DNA of 64,000 bases, taken from assembly GCA_030684695.1 (NCBI GenBank), contig JAUXXX010000127.1, forward strand, positions 8,250 through 72,249. Direction: 5' to 3'. The notes below the pieces were generated by a model that searched no databases, was not told where the DNA came from, and worked only from the letters and a program-made list of their open reading frames with translations. Shown piece after piece: positions 10,466-20,776 of this stretch. The DNA is from a bacterium. GTDB taxonomy: Bacteria; Bacillota_I; Bacilli_A; Izemoplasmatales; Hujiaoplasmataceae. Within the stretch, counting starts at the first letter, position 1. Every line of letters starts with the position of its first letter. The position numbers were made by a program, and so were the translations under genes.

Positions 10466-12905
10466 AGTTCTATTTACGTTTCGTTTTAGTTACCGAAATC
10501 TCACTGTAAGTCTTGCAAGATCCTTGCTCATGATGTTTGCATTATTCGTGGCATCCACGATACTATTGATTGTTACAAATACACATCATGCATTTTATCA
10601 AGTCCATGAGAACCGTGCAATCGAGCAATATGGACCTATTGATATTGTCATCACCTATGATTCTAACTCCACTTCAAGATTAGTCAATCAGCGAATCATT
10701 GCTGAAAAGTACGCAACTTCCGTGGAACAGTATTCGGTGTTTTTTAACTTTTACACCTTAGCCACTTTCAACAATGAAGTGGACTATGTTCAAGTTTTTT
10801 CAAGTAACGATGTGGGATATTATCACTTATTTTCTGCACTTCCTCCCACATTGAGTCCTAGTGAAATGGTGATTACCGACGATTTTGCTATTAGCAACAA
10901 CTTAGTAGTCAATAGCAGCATTGAATTATCGATTTTAGGAGAATCATACGTTTATACCGTGAAAGAGATTGTTCCACAGCGTTATATGTTCTCTGGGAAA
11001 AGCATCTATATCAATAAAAACGATTTATTACATACCTTATTTTCGCTACCTCAGTTAAATAACTTAGGAAATACGTTGTACTTAAATGTACTTCCTCATG
11101 TAAACATTGATGATTTCCTCCATGATTTACAAGCAGAAGCTGCATTTGAATCCTATTACATTTTTCGAAGCGTTGACCCCTTACTTATTTCTCAATCCAC
11201 CAATTATTATGCCTCTGTACTATTTGGCATTGGATTGTTTGGTTTGTTTGCAATTGGGTATGTCATCCATTCTTTGATTCCTCTTTTCAAAAGTGATTAT
11301 CAAGCACAGTTGGGAGTGGTGAAATCGCTTGGTCAAAACATCACATGGATGGTGCCCATTTGGTTGAGTCAGTTTGCAATTTACCTGCTTGTGATTCCTT
11401 TGAGTGTTTATTCAGCCCAAGCGTTTTACCAAGAAAGCGCCAGTAGAGCCGGTGTCTTTAGCGAAATTAATCTACATCCAATCTTATCTGCGATCGCGAT
11501 TGCCATCTTAATTGGTTTTGTTATTCTTGAGTTCTTTACATTGATTCATTCTTTTTCTCGCCATTCAAGTGTTAGTCAATCTTTAGATAAACGTAGAATG
11601 GCAATCAAACCAAGTAAAGTTCAAGGGGTTGTGTTACTAGTTTTCTTGATACTTCTTCACATATTCAATCCGTTTTCTGAAGGTGTTCAGGCACTCTTAC
11701 TCATTGTTGTTTGTATATTGCTTTCCTTATACATCATCGATCATGGTTTCTATTTATGGAATCATTTACTTAAAAAGAAGAAAAACTACTTTCATTTAGT
11801 CAGCTTACCTTTGTTGAAGGAATCTACCGTCTTTCATAATGCAATGAAAGTTACTGTATTATCAATCATCATCATTTTGATTGCTTTAACCACTTCCTTA
11901 ATGATTGATAAGGAAATTGTAACCCTTCAGAATCAGACGAAGGTCGATTATTATTTAAGCAATCTCTTTGATTATTCCCCTTCATTAAAAGAAGAAATTG
12001 CGCTTCACGAAGAAGTAGAACAAATCGATGAAGCTATCATCTTTCGTCATATTGTCATCGATGTTTTGAACAAACCGAAAAAGATGTCATTCATGGTTTC
12101 TACTTCTTTCGATAAACTTCAGACTTACTTTGATTTTACCTATATTGGTAATGTCTCCGAGGCAATGAATGATTCACAAGTACTAGCCGTTCTTTTGCCT
12201 ATTTCTTTAGCGAAAGCCCATCAACTCCAAATTGGTGACTTTCTTGATATCCAATTAGGTGATAAGTTAGGAATAAAAACTTTCATGATGGCTGGATTTA
12301 TTGATACGGACTATGATAATATAATGATAACCAATCTTTTTATCAATGAAGAAAGTAGACTTCTTCAATCAGTAAATGGATTGTTAGTCAATACGATCGA
12401 TGGTGGCACATTTAAACAAGACATGATTCGAACGTACAGCTCACAAATGATGGTTGTGATTGATCTTGAAGAAATGACACAAAGCGTTGCTACTCAAGTA
12501 CGTAGTTTAGTTGATTTTGCGATCAATATTTCAATCATGTTGGTCATTGCTTTTGGAATCGTCATAATGAATAACTCACGGGTGGTCTTTTATCAACTAA
12601 AAAGTGAGTATACGGTATTTTTATCTCTTGGCCTACCTAAAAAACAACTTCTTAAGCACGTGTTTATTGAGTTTGTTATGATGTCGCTGTTGATTGGTAT
12701 TGTTTCTATTTTTATCTTGGTCGTAGCACTACCAAATCTTGGTTCCTTGATGCTATTGGTAGGATTTTACAAAGTAATCACTTTTGAATTTACCCGTAGC
12801 CTTGGATATATCGTACTTGGAATCCTTGTTTTCTTTGCAAGTTATTTTTTGTTTGTTCACCATGTATCCACTTTAAAAATCATCAATGAAATAAAAAAAA
12901 TATAG
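10458..12905 (+). CDS. FtsX-family ABC transporter permease (duplicated, about 10 TM, with large extracytoplasmic domains)
   Basis: 815 aa. Two FtsX-like 4-TM blocks separated by soluble regions. Overlaps the ATPase gene by 8 nt. Confidence 0.8.
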   Translation: MNKVLFTFRFSYRNLTVSLARSLLMMFALFVASTILLIVTNTHHAFYQVHENRAIEQYGPIDIVITYDSNSTSRLVNQRIIAEKYATSVEQYSVFFNFYTLATFNNEVDYVQVFSSNDVGYYHLFSALPPTLSPSEMVITDDFAISNNLVVNSSIELSILGESYVYTVKEIVPQRYMFSGKSIYINKNDLLHTLFSLPQLNNLGNTLYLNVLPHVNIDDFLHDLQAEAAFESYYIFRSVDPLLISQSTNYYASVLFGIGLFGLFAIGYVIHSLIPLFKSDYQAQLGVVKSLGQNITWMVPIWLSQFAIYLLVIPLSVYSAQAFYQESASRAGVFSEINLHPILSAIAIAILIGFVILEFFTLIHSFSRHSSVSQSLDKRRMAIKPSKVQGVVLLVFLILLHIFNPFSEGVQALLLIVVCILLSLYIIDHGFYLWNHLLKKKKNYFHLVSLPLLKESTVFHNAMKVTVLSIIIILIALTTSLMIDKEIVTLQNQTKVDYYLSNLFDYSPSLKEEIALHEEVEQIDEAIIFRHIVIDVLNKPKKMSFMVSTSFDKLQTYFDFTYIGNVSEAMNDSQVLAVLLPISLAKAHQLQIGDFLDIQLGDKLGIKTFMMAGFIDTDYDNIMITNLFINEESRLLQSVNGLLVNTIDGGTFKQDMIRTYSSQMMVVIDLEEMTQSVATQVRSLVDFAINISIMLVIAFGIVIMNNSRVVFYQLKSEYTVFLSLGLPKKQLLKHVFIEFVMMSLLIGIVSIFILVVALPNLGSLMLLVGFYKVITFEFTRSLGYIVLGILVFFASYFLFVHHVSTLKIINEIKKI

Positions 12906-12914
12906 GGGGATTTT

Positions 12915-15080
12915 ATGAAAAAGTTCACATTGCTTTTATTTATGATTCTAACTTTTTTTGGATTGATTGCTTGTCAAACTACTACAAACAACAACCCTAC
13001 CACACTTGCACCAGTTGTTGTGGAAGAACGACTGTCAGCGCCTTCTAATCTTCAGATAACTGGCAAGATATTAACATGGGATGCAGTCTCAAAAGCCACA
13101 GGCTATGAAATCTATCTCAATGATGTGTTGTTAGCAACTAGAACAGGTGCTTCTTACGATTTTACGAGTCAAACCGGTGATCAACTTGTATTCCGTGTGG
13201 TAGCGAAAGGAAACCCAGCGATTCAATTGCTGAATTCCTTGCCTAGTGCATCTGTTGCCTACCTATCAAACTCAGCACAGGAAATTAACGCTTTAATCGC
13301 GTTGTTAACTCCTGATCTTGGTGCGACAAATTCCGAAATATTTGCTCGCGAACTGGTTCGTAAAGGGATGAAAGCTTCCGAATTTGAAGCCGCAAAAGAT
13401 GACATAGAGGCTATGGTTAGTGCAATGAATGACGCCGAGTCATATTCTGATGCTCATGCTGAAATGTCGAAGTTTATCGCTAAAAAACATAATCTTGAAG
13501 CATTCATTAGTGCGTATGCATTGGTGATGGGCGACATGATGTATGACGATGCACTATACTCAAAAATAGTAACTTCGGCTCACGATGAGTTGGTTTTAGC
13601 CATTGTTCGTACACTAGAATACTTCATGGATTTGCAACAAGCTTTTTCACCAGCATTAGTATCGAAAATATCAAATTTGACAACCGATAATCAAAATCCA
13701 ATCACGGCTCAAGAGCTTGATGATTTGACATCTGAAATCGCAACTGTTTTCTTAGAAAACCTTCCAAGTGTCGCTGACATTCAACTATTCTTCTTATTTA
13801 TGTCACGTGCACTTCAATCATTTGAAGGAACAGAAGGATTACAAACAGCCGTATTTAATTATTCGGAGGAAGCTTCTACTGCCATTCGTTTATCCATTGA
13901 ACTTGAGTTAAGATTCATTGCTTCTCTTGACCTTGCGTACTTTACTTCACTCCTTGGTTTCCAAAATGGAGACATGCATGAAGAATTGAAAGCTGTAGAG
14001 ATTTCGATACTTTCGACAATCGCTATGGCAAGATTTAAAGAAAATAACCAAGCTTTGTTTACACAAATTAGAAATGTACTTACTAGTGCTCAAAAAGAAA
14101 ACCTATTCAATCAACTCAAAGTATCGATATCAAGTATATCTGACGAAGAAATCGGTATGGGTGGAATGAATATGATGGGCTTTCTTGCTTCAAGTATCAA
14201 GAACATATCTTATGCTCTTTTGGAATCATTCTTCGGTGTTGGAGATAAAATCTCCGATGCAGTATTAGACTATATTGTGGAAACCAATGGTGAAATACTT
14301 CGAAAACAAATGATTACCCAATTGTATATGTCAAATATGTATGATTATTATTCTAATTATGAAAATCCTGTTACTGGAGTGCCCCACGATAACTATACCG
14401 AGTACCTTCATGCGAGCAAAATCAATTCACTAGAGTTAGCAGGTTGTTATATCGATTTAATGAAGAAAGTACTCGATGCAACGACTGTAGAAGATGTAAA
14501 AACGGTACTTGAGTTCTACATTACGTATATCCCTGCTTCGGTACTAGAGTCAATGTTTGAAATTAATGCAGAATCAGCACAAACACTACACACACTCATT
14601 AAACAAACACTCGATGGTCAAGCTAGCAATCTTCGTAGTTTACTGGTTGATTTGGTCAATTATCTCCAATCAGCGAATTTGATTAACGAAATGAAAGCAG
14701 CCATGAATGCAAGCCATCAATACAATAAAACAAATTATGGCGCTGATTATGAGAACGGTATGTTTAGCTGGGAAGCTTATAAATACGATAAGTATTCGAA
14801 CCAAATCGTTATAGCAAAACATGTGGATACCTTCATGACTTCCGCAAGAAGAGCTACATTGAATCAAGTAATCAATGCTGCGTTTGCAGTCATGAAATCA
14901 CCTACCGGCTTAGCTTCTTTTAATATGACATTACAAGATGTAACGTCTTTAGAAACTGCATACATGGACGCACTTGATTTATTCCTCTCTGAAGCAGCTG
15001 TCATTCGAACATTTACCATCGCTTCACTGACCACTATTCAAAAAGAACGGATTGATCGTTGGGGCTTTGAAATAGAGTAA
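12915..15080 (+). CDS. lipoprotein with an N-terminal FN3 domain and a large alpha-helical domain of unknown function
   Basis: Lipobox LIAC after the signal peptide. FN3-like LSAPSNLQITGKILTWDAVSKATGYEIYLND...VFRVVAKGN. The remaining roughly 600 aa are helical with no recognisable motif. Confidence 0.65.
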   Translation: MKKFTLLLFMILTFFGLIACQTTTNNNPTTLAPVVVEERLSAPSNLQITGKILTWDAVSKATGYEIYLNDVLLATRTGASYDFTSQTGDQLVFRVVAKGNPAIQLLNSLPSASVAYLSNSAQEINALIALLTPDLGATNSEIFARELVRKGMKASEFEAAKDDIEAMVSAMNDAESYSDAHAEMSKFIAKKHNLEAFISAYALVMGDMMYDDALYSKIVTSAHDELVLAIVRTLEYFMDLQQAFSPALVSKISNLTTDNQNPITAQELDDLTSEIATVFLENLPSVADIQLFFLFMSRALQSFEGTEGLQTAVFNYSEEASTAIRLSIELELRFIASLDLAYFTSLLGFQNGDMHEELKAVEISILSTIAMARFKENNQALFTQIRNVLTSAQKENLFNQLKVSISSISDEEIGMGGMNMMGFLASSIKNISYALLESFFGVGDKISDAVLDYIVETNGEILRKQMITQLYMSNMYDYYSNYENPVTGVPHDNYTEYLHASKINSLELAGCYIDLMKKVLDATTVEDVKTVLEFYITYIPASVLESMFEINAESAQTLHTLIKQTLDGQASNLRSLLVDLVNYLQSANLINEMKAAMNASHQYNKTNYGADYENGMFSWEAYKYDKYSNQIVIAKHVDTFMTSARRATLNQVINAAFAVMKSPTGLASFNMTLQDVTSLETAYMDALDLFLSEAAVIRTFTIASLTTIQKERIDRWGFEIE

Positions 15081-15119
15081 CGATATGATTGTTGCTACTT
15101 TAATCTAAAATAGTAATAC

Positions 15120-15155
15120 ACCGTTGACAGCCCCTCGTTGTCAACGGTTTTTTTG
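15120..15155 (+). terminator. rho-independent terminator
   Basis: ACCGTTGACA-9 nt-TGTCAACGGT followed by T7. Confidence 0.8.
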
Positions 15156-15213
15156 ATTTGATAGTTTTTTATGGTATACTATAATTACACATTTATAAAG
15201 TAGGCGGTATATA

Positions 15214-16644
15214 ATGAAAAAATGGCTGATTCTTCTATTACTTGGAATATTTACATTTGGTTTAACAAGTTGCACGGTCTTAAGTACCACTTCAGAACTC
15301 TCTACCACAGCAACTGTAGTTACCACCTCAACAAGTTCTTCAAACGAAACATCGACAACTCAAACCGTACCACCAACCACTTCGGTTGTTACAACTGTAC
15401 TTCCCACCACTTCAATTCTGACAACTACTTCCACAATTCCCACAACTACTTCCACGATTACATCAATGACCACGACAACCACCCAAACCACAGTTCCTGT
15501 CATCTTTGATACTCATTTAGAAATTACAAGATACCCTTTCAAGGTGGTTTATCAATTAGGGGATGAATTTAATCAAAGTGGCTTACGAGTCAATGTTGTT
15601 CAATCAAGTGGAACGAGAATTCCTGTTTCGCTCGATACGTTAACTCTTACTGGTTTTGATAAGACCAAGGTAGGTTTACAAAACATAACGATATCTTACA
15701 ACAACTTAACTCTCGTCTTTTCTGTCTATGTGAAGGAACAAGTCCAGGCTGGAAATGTAATCCTTCGTATTGATCAACCGACAAAACTAGAATATACAAG
15801 AGGAGATGCTTTTGATTCCACTGGACTAGTGGTTAGAGTCGTCGGACTAGATGAATCTGAAATCATTCTTGCACCCAATCAGTATTCCATAACTCCTGCA
15901 AATATGAACCTCTTGGGAGAACAAACCATTCGCATTACTGCTCTTGGACTAGAAGCTTCGTTTGTCATTACAATCGTTCCTCCGATCGATGCCGTTCCGA
16001 TTACAATGCCTTATTATCAAGGAATCTCTGGATTAGCTGGCCTCGAACTGGAACTAACTTTGCGAATCATCATCAATAGTAATCTCATACGTAAGTCTTA
16101 TGACTCTGCTCGCCAAATCTTATGGGAAACGGATAGAGATCCAAATAACTCCAATAATCTAATCTTAGTGTACTTAGGAACATCTGTTTCTGGAGTATGG
16201 GATGGTGGAGTTACTTGGAATCGAGAACATGTATGGCCTCAATCCAAAATGATGAATCCGACCAACACCAACATTGGTGTGGCTACGGATTTGCATAACT
16301 TAAAACCTGCAGATCCGGGAATTAACTCTTCGAGAGGAAATCGCTATTACGATTCCGTTGCCATTCCCAATGTATCCTTTACCCCACGCGCAGAAGTACG
16401 TGGAGATTTGGCTCGCATCCTTTTTTATATGGTGATTATGTATGATTATTTAAAACTTATTGACTTAGAACCAGATCAACCACTCGCTGTTTATCGGATG
16501 GCAATGCTATCCGTATTGCTACAATGGCACGATGACGATCCAGTGGACGATTTTGAACGAAACCGAAATAACGTAATTTTCTCTCATCAAAAAAACCGTA
16601 ATCCATTTATTGATTATCCTCATTTGGTTGATCTTATTTGGTAA
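15214..16644 (+). CDS. surface lipoprotein nuclease: Thr-rich stalk + two Big_3-like Ig domains + endonuclease I domain
   Basis: Lipobox LTSC. About 75 aa of T/S-rich linker. Two YxxGDxFDxxGLxV Ig-like repeats. Endonuclease I motifs: NREHVWPQS, DLHNLKPADPGINSSRGN, RGDLARILFYM, NRNPFIDYP. Confidence 0.85.
   Translation: MKKWLILLLLGIFTFGLTSCTVLSTTSELSTTATVVTTSTSSSNETSTTQTVPPTTSVVTTVLPTTSILTTTSTIPTTTSTITSMTTTTTQTTVPVIFDTHLEITRYPFKVVYQLGDEFNQSGLRVNVVQSSGTRIPVSLDTLTLTGFDKTKVGLQNITISYNNLTLVFSVYVKEQVQAGNVILRIDQPTKLEYTRGDAFDSTGLVVRVVGLDESEIILAPNQYSITPANMNLLGEQTIRITALGLEASFVITIVPPIDAVPITMPYYQGISGLAGLELELTLRIIINSNLIRKSYDSARQILWETDRDPNNSNNLILVYLGTSVSGVWDGGVTWNREHVWPQSKMMNPTNTNIGVATDLHNLKPADPGINSSRGNRYYDSVAIPNVSFTPRAEVRGDLARILFYMVIMYDYLKLIDLEPDQPLAVYRMAMLSVLLQWHDDDPVDDFERNRNNVIFSHQKNRNPFIDYPHLVDLIW
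15290..15500 (+). repeat. low-complexity Thr/Ser-rich coding repeats (stalk of the nuclease lipoprotein)
   Basis: Reiterated ACnACT/TCC codon runs, e.g. acaactacttccacaattcccacaactacttccacgatt. Confidence 0.7.
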
Positions 16645-16651
16645 ATAAACT

Positions 16652-16677
16652 AGTTGGAGTGATTTCCAACTTTTTTA
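16652..16677 (+). terminator. rho-independent terminator after the nuclease gene
   Basis: AGTTGGA-gtgatt-TCCAACT followed by T6. Confidence 0.75.
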
Positions 16678-16744
16678 TTTGTTGTGACTAAACCATTCAT
16701 TGGATGTAACTGATTGCCACTTATCATTCAAGTCACAAAATAAA

Positions 16745-16783
16745 AAAGGGCAAAAAAACAAGATTGCTTGTTGGCAATCTTGT
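16745..16783 (-). terminator. rho-independent terminator after the rRNA methyltransferase gene
   Basis: Minus strand: ACAAGATTGC-loop-GCAATCTTGT followed by U7GCCCUUUUUU. Confidence 0.75.
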
Positions 16784-16789
16784 TATATG

Positions 16790-18148
16790 TTATTTACTGA
16801 ATTTTTTTGTTAACAAGGTGACCGATTCAACACTTGTGGTTTGTGGGAACATATCAACAGGTGTCACTTCTTTAACAACATATCCACTATCTGATAATAT
16901 CTTTAAATCTCTGGCTAGGGTTGCTTGATCACATGAGATATAGACGATTCTAGGAATCTTCATATCGTCAATCGCTTGAAGAAGTGCTTTGTCACAGCCT
17001 TTTCGTGGTGGATCGACGAAGATCACATCAAACTTATACTTATTCCATTTCTTAATGACCGTTTCTGCTTCGCCTACTTCAAAGAAGGCATTGGTAATAT
17101 GATTTATCTCTGCATTTTTTCTAGCATCCATTACTGCAGACTTGATTAACTCAATTCCAAAAACTTTCGCAGCTTTTGAAGCAGCGGTTAAAGCAATGGT
17201 TCCAATTCCACAATAGGCATCGATGACCCGTTCTTTCCCGGTTAACTCTGCATATTCTAACGCTTTTGCATAGAGTTTTTCAGTTTGAATAGAATTTACT
17301 TGGAAAAATGATCGGTATCCAATGGCAAATTGAAGTTCCCCAATGGAATCAAGAATCGTCTCTGGACCATGCCAAATGGTGATTGGATCAAGAGCATAGC
17401 TGGATGGATCGGTTGCGCTGGTACGAGCAATCGCTATTAGTTCAGGAATCTTTGTTGTCAACTTCTTGATGATTACATCTTTTGCATCATGAAGAGGATC
17501 TGTGGTATGTAGAAGCAAGCTCAATTGCTTGGTCTTTGATGTTTCACGAATTACTGCAGATCGAAGAATTCCAGAGTTCGCTGCTTCGTTAAAGGCAGGA
17601 ATCTTTAACTCATTAAAAATGTTTTTCACCAAAATTACTACATCTAACATGCGTTTACTCATGATAAAGCATTCCGATAGATTGACTATTTTATGTGATT
17701 TGGCTTGGAAGAAGCCAGCTTCAATGCCTTTTTCTCCATTTTGGAATTTAATTTCGATTTTATTGCGGTAATAATATGGATTGGCCATCCCAATCATTTC
17801 TTTCACTGGTACTTGACCAAGCCCTTGACGTTTCAAAGTGGTTTCCACACGATATTTCTTAAATGCAGTTTGTAAATCGTAGTCCATATGCATCAAACTA
17901 CAGCCACCACATTCGTAATAATGTATACACTTTGGAGTTACTCGGTAGGGACTTTTTTCGAGATAATGTAAAACCTTGCCAAACCCATAACTTGACTTTC
18001 GTTCGGTTACTATAATTTCTGCCTTTTCACCTTTTAAGAAGTCCTCGACAAAGACCGTATAGCCGTCTTCTAGTTTGCATACGCCAAAAGCATCGTGGGT
18101 TAAATCAACGGCTTCAACGATATAGGTTAACTTATTCAACTCGTCCAT
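16790..18148 (-). CDS. 23S rRNA (uracil-5-)-methyltransferase, RumA/RlmD(CD) family
   Basis: N-terminal TRAM domain, Fe-S cysteines (CIHYYECGGCSLMH), SAM motif DAYCGIGT, DPPRKG, and catalytic ISCDQATLARD. Confidence 0.9.
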   Translation of the reverse strand: MDELNKLTYIVEAVDLTHDAFGVCKLEDGYTVFVEDFLKGEKAEIIVTERKSSYGFGKVLHYLEKSPYRVTPKCIHYYECGGCSLMHMDYDLQTAFKKYRVETTLKRQGLGQVPVKEMIGMANPYYYRNKIEIKFQNGEKGIEAGFFQAKSHKIVNLSECFIMSKRMLDVVILVKNIFNELKIPAFNEAANSGILRSAVIRETSKTKQLSLLLHTTDPLHDAKDVIIKKLTTKIPELIAIARTSATDPSSYALDPITIWHGPETILDSIGELQFAIGYRSFFQVNSIQTEKLYAKALEYAELTGKERVIDAYCGIGTIALTAASKAAKVFGIELIKSAVMDARKNAEINHITNAFFEVGEAETVIKKWNKYKFDVIFVDPPRKGCDKALLQAIDDMKIPRIVYISCDQATLARDLKILSDSGYVVKEVTPVDMFPQTTSVESVTLLTKKFSK

Positions 18149-18300
18149 CAACGGTTGTCCCCCTTTGGGTCAAGGCGTCATTTCAATTAGTTTGAAGACT
18201 CTTATACCTTTATTAATTATACCACAAAAGTCTTATAAATATAAGATGAACTTTTCGAAAGATTAAGAAGACCACCCCAATGGATGGTCTTCATGAATTA

Positions 18301-19638
18301 TTAGATGGTATTGACAGATTTATTACGCACAAACCAGATTGCGACGATGAGTGCACCGACACTACAATAGATGTAAAGGACTCCTACCGATGTTTTTGCG
18401 ATGATAAACGCCGCTAACATCGCGGAGAATGGAATCAACGCTTGAGACAAGACATTGGAGACACTTGACACTTTTCCTAACATATTGCGATCGACTTGAC
18501 GTTGCATAATCATGCTTACAGGAATATTAAAACTGATCGAAGCAATGCCAAGTGCAAACATCATAAGTGTAGAGGTGATTAGTACAAGGTTGACTCCAGA
18601 TAACTGACTATAATATAAGTTCATCGCAACAGCGATTAAGATGATGGGGATTAAGAATCCGATTAATGCTTTCTTTAACGACTTTCCATATAGTGTTTTT
18701 GTTTTCTGCTTCGATAAAACCAATGACATAATAATAGCAGAGACAGAAAAGGCAACCGACATCAAGGAATACCATAATTCAGGAGTTAAGAAAGCATCAA
18801 ACAAGTAGCTTGGCTCTGTGGATAATCCAAATTTGATAAAAAATGGCATTGCGGAGGAAAAAGTAGGACTTAAGAAAAAGTTAAACGTTAACGCCATAAT
18901 CATAATAGCAAGAATGCCTTTTTGCTTAAATAAGTATTTGATACCATCCGTAATATCTACGAATACTTCTTTTACTCCAGTAATTTCTTTGGCATGTGAG
19001 GAGGCGTCATAGCGGATGAACATTTCGGTCAGGGCTGATATTAAGTATCCTATTCCATTGATTAAGAAAATCCACCAAATGGGTAAAGCAGCATACATGA
19101 TTCCACCTAATATAAGTCCAATGATGGATTGAAGAGCATGACTTCCTTGTAAGTACGAAGCTGCTGGTTGCAATTCTTCGTCAGAGACAATAAACCGAAG
19201 GAGTGAACCGCTTGCTGGATTAAAGAAAGAGGAGTTTGCTGATAAGATAATGGTCATGATGAACAAAGAAACGATTTGGACGATGGGTTCCACACCAAAC
19301 GCTATGAGACTTCCAGTAATGATGATCGTTGCGCCTCGGATGTAATCTGTGACGTACATGATTCGAACTTTGTTCATTCGATCGGCCATGACTCCTCCAA
19401 ATGGAATCAACAATACCAAGACAATCCCTGATACGAAGAGGAAACTGCCTTGGATCAAGGCTGCTCCTTCTTTTCCATAGGCCCTGTTGGCTATTTCTAA
19501 GATATAAAAACTAATAGCAAAGTTGAATAGAATATGTGCAACGTTGGAAACCATTACTCCCCAAAAGAGTAAACAAAAGTTTTTGTTTTTGAATACACGG
19601 GGTTTTGTACTCGTTGGCTGAATGATATTTTCTTCCAT
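18301..19638 (-). CDS. MFS transporter
   Basis: 12 TM helices and an MFS loop motif (GGVMADRMNKVRIM). Start abuts the stop of the upstream gene. Confidence 0.8.
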   Translation of the reverse strand: MEENIIQPTSTKPRVFKNKNFCLLFWGVMVSNVAHILFNFAISFYILEIANRAYGKEGAALIQGSFLFVSGIVLVLLIPFGGVMADRMNKVRIMYVTDYIRGATIIITGSLIAFGVEPIVQIVSLFIMTIILSANSSFFNPASGSLLRFIVSDEELQPAASYLQGSHALQSIIGLILGGIMYAALPIWWIFLINGIGYLISALTEMFIRYDASSHAKEITGVKEVFVDITDGIKYLFKQKGILAIMIMALTFNFFLSPTFSSAMPFFIKFGLSTEPSYLFDAFLTPELWYSLMSVAFSVSAIIMSLVLSKQKTKTLYGKSLKKALIGFLIPIILIAVAMNLYYSQLSGVNLVLITSTLMMFALGIASISFNIPVSMIMQRQVDRNMLGKVSSVSNVLSQALIPFSAMLAAFIIAKTSVGVLYIYCSVGALIVAIWFVRNKSVNTI

Positions 19639-20034
19639 TTATTCGACCGTAATTCGAACGATGTCACCATCCGCCGAAGTAACATTCACAATTTCACCGA
19701 TGGCTCCAGAGTTGATCATTTGGATTAACATATCGATGTCGATGTCCATATCTTCAATGGCATCAATGTTAAATTTGCTGGTTTTTAACAATTTTGCAAA
19801 CTCGATGGGCAATTGAATGCGAACTTGATCTCCATCTGCGGAATCCACATAGACCTTAAGCATCCGAAATGGTGCTTTTTTATTCGTAATCAACTCGACA
19901 GTATTTTCATTGGTTTCCGCTTTCGAAGCTCCAAGCGCTGCGAGCAAGCGTTCTGCATCTTCGACCTTAATGATTCCTTTGTGTAATAAATCTAATATTT
20001 TTAAGCGTTCTGCTTTCAAATCGTCTTTTGACAT
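19639..20034 (-). CDS. SHOCT-like domain protein (partner of DUF2089)
   Basis: N-terminal ERLKILDLLHKGIIKVEDAERLLAAL helix pair. Two SADGDxVRI beta motifs. AAGGAG RBS. Confidence 0.55.
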   Translation of the reverse strand: MSKDDLKAERLKILDLLHKGIIKVEDAERLLAALGASKAETNENTVELITNKKAPFRMLKVYVDSADGDQVRIQLPIEFAKLLKTSKFNIDAIEDMDIDIDMLIQMINSGAIGEIVNVTSADGDIVRITVE

Positions 20035-20046
20035 GATGGGTTCTCC

Positions 20047-20556
20047 TTATAATTTAAGTTTTTTAATGAGGTCAAGTGCTGCTTCTACGTTCAGTTCACC
20101 TGAGTTAATTTTTTCAAGAATGTCGAGTTTAGAGGCTTTGGGTTCGGCGGGTTCTTTTTCTTTATCTTTTTCTTTGATTGGAGGAGTGTCTTCTCCACTA
20201 TCTGGCTTGTATCCAAGTCCAAGAATAACATCATCAAGCATCTTTTTAATCGTTGGGTAAGACAGATCCATTTCTTTTTCTATTGCTTTGATGTTTCCTC
20301 GATTTTTAACAAACACTTCTATGAAGTACAACTGTTCGGTATCTAAATAGTTAAATTTGGATAATGTGAACTCGCCTTCAATGACGGTATTGCATTGACT
20401 GCATTTTAATCTGTGTACATGGAGATCTTGTTTGCACACTGGGCATTCTGAGATGACAGGATATTGTGCACGTTGTTTCAGATGGTCTTTGTGAAAATCT
20501 TTCATTGTATCTTTCATGAAATCGAATTTGACGCTTTTAAATTTTGATTTATCCAT
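20047..20556 (-). CDS. DUF2089-family zinc-ribbon/HTH protein
   Basis: CPVCKQDL...CSQCNTVIEGEF zinc ribbon, followed by LDTEQLYFIEVFVKNRGNIKAIEKEMDLSYPTIKKMLDDV. C-terminal SHOCT-like ILEKINSGELNVEAALDLIKKL. Confidence 0.65.
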   Translation of the reverse strand: MDKSKFKSVKFDFMKDTMKDFHKDHLKQRAQYPVISECPVCKQDLHVHRLKCSQCNTVIEGEFTLSKFNYLDTEQLYFIEVFVKNRGNIKAIEKEMDLSYPTIKKMLDDVILGLGYKPDSGEDTPPIKEKDKEKEPAEPKASKLDILEKINSGELNVEAALDLIKKLKL

Positions 20557-20577
20557 AATGGACTCCTTTGCTTTGGG

Positions 20578-20763
20578 TTAATCCCAAGGGTTTGTAGATT
20601 CGTTGGTTTGATTTGCAAAACTGCCTGTGAATCCAGATTCATCGAACCCAAGACGTTCCATGACTTCTTCAGGCATCCCCACTTGATAGAGTTGACTCAT
20701 TGGTAAAACATGATAGTATTTCAATGTGGATTGTTTTGTATCATTGGAAGTAATCTTTTTCAT
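20578..20763 (-). CDS. small hypothetical protein (61 aa)
   Basis: AAGGAGG RBS before ATG 20763 (track start 20811). No motif recognised. Confidence 0.4.
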   Translation of the reverse strand: MKKITSNDTKQSTLKYYHVLPMSQLYQVGMPEEVMERLGFDESGFTGSFANQTNESTNPWD

Positions 20764-20776
20764 CTTAATTTCCTCC

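Noticed and set aside
15222-15509. Alternative-frame ORF (MADSSITWNIYIW...) at the start of the nuclease lipoprotein gene.
   Set aside because: It is a frame-shifted reading of the signal peptide and Thr-rich codon repeats. The annotated frame has a lipobox and continues into recognisable domains.
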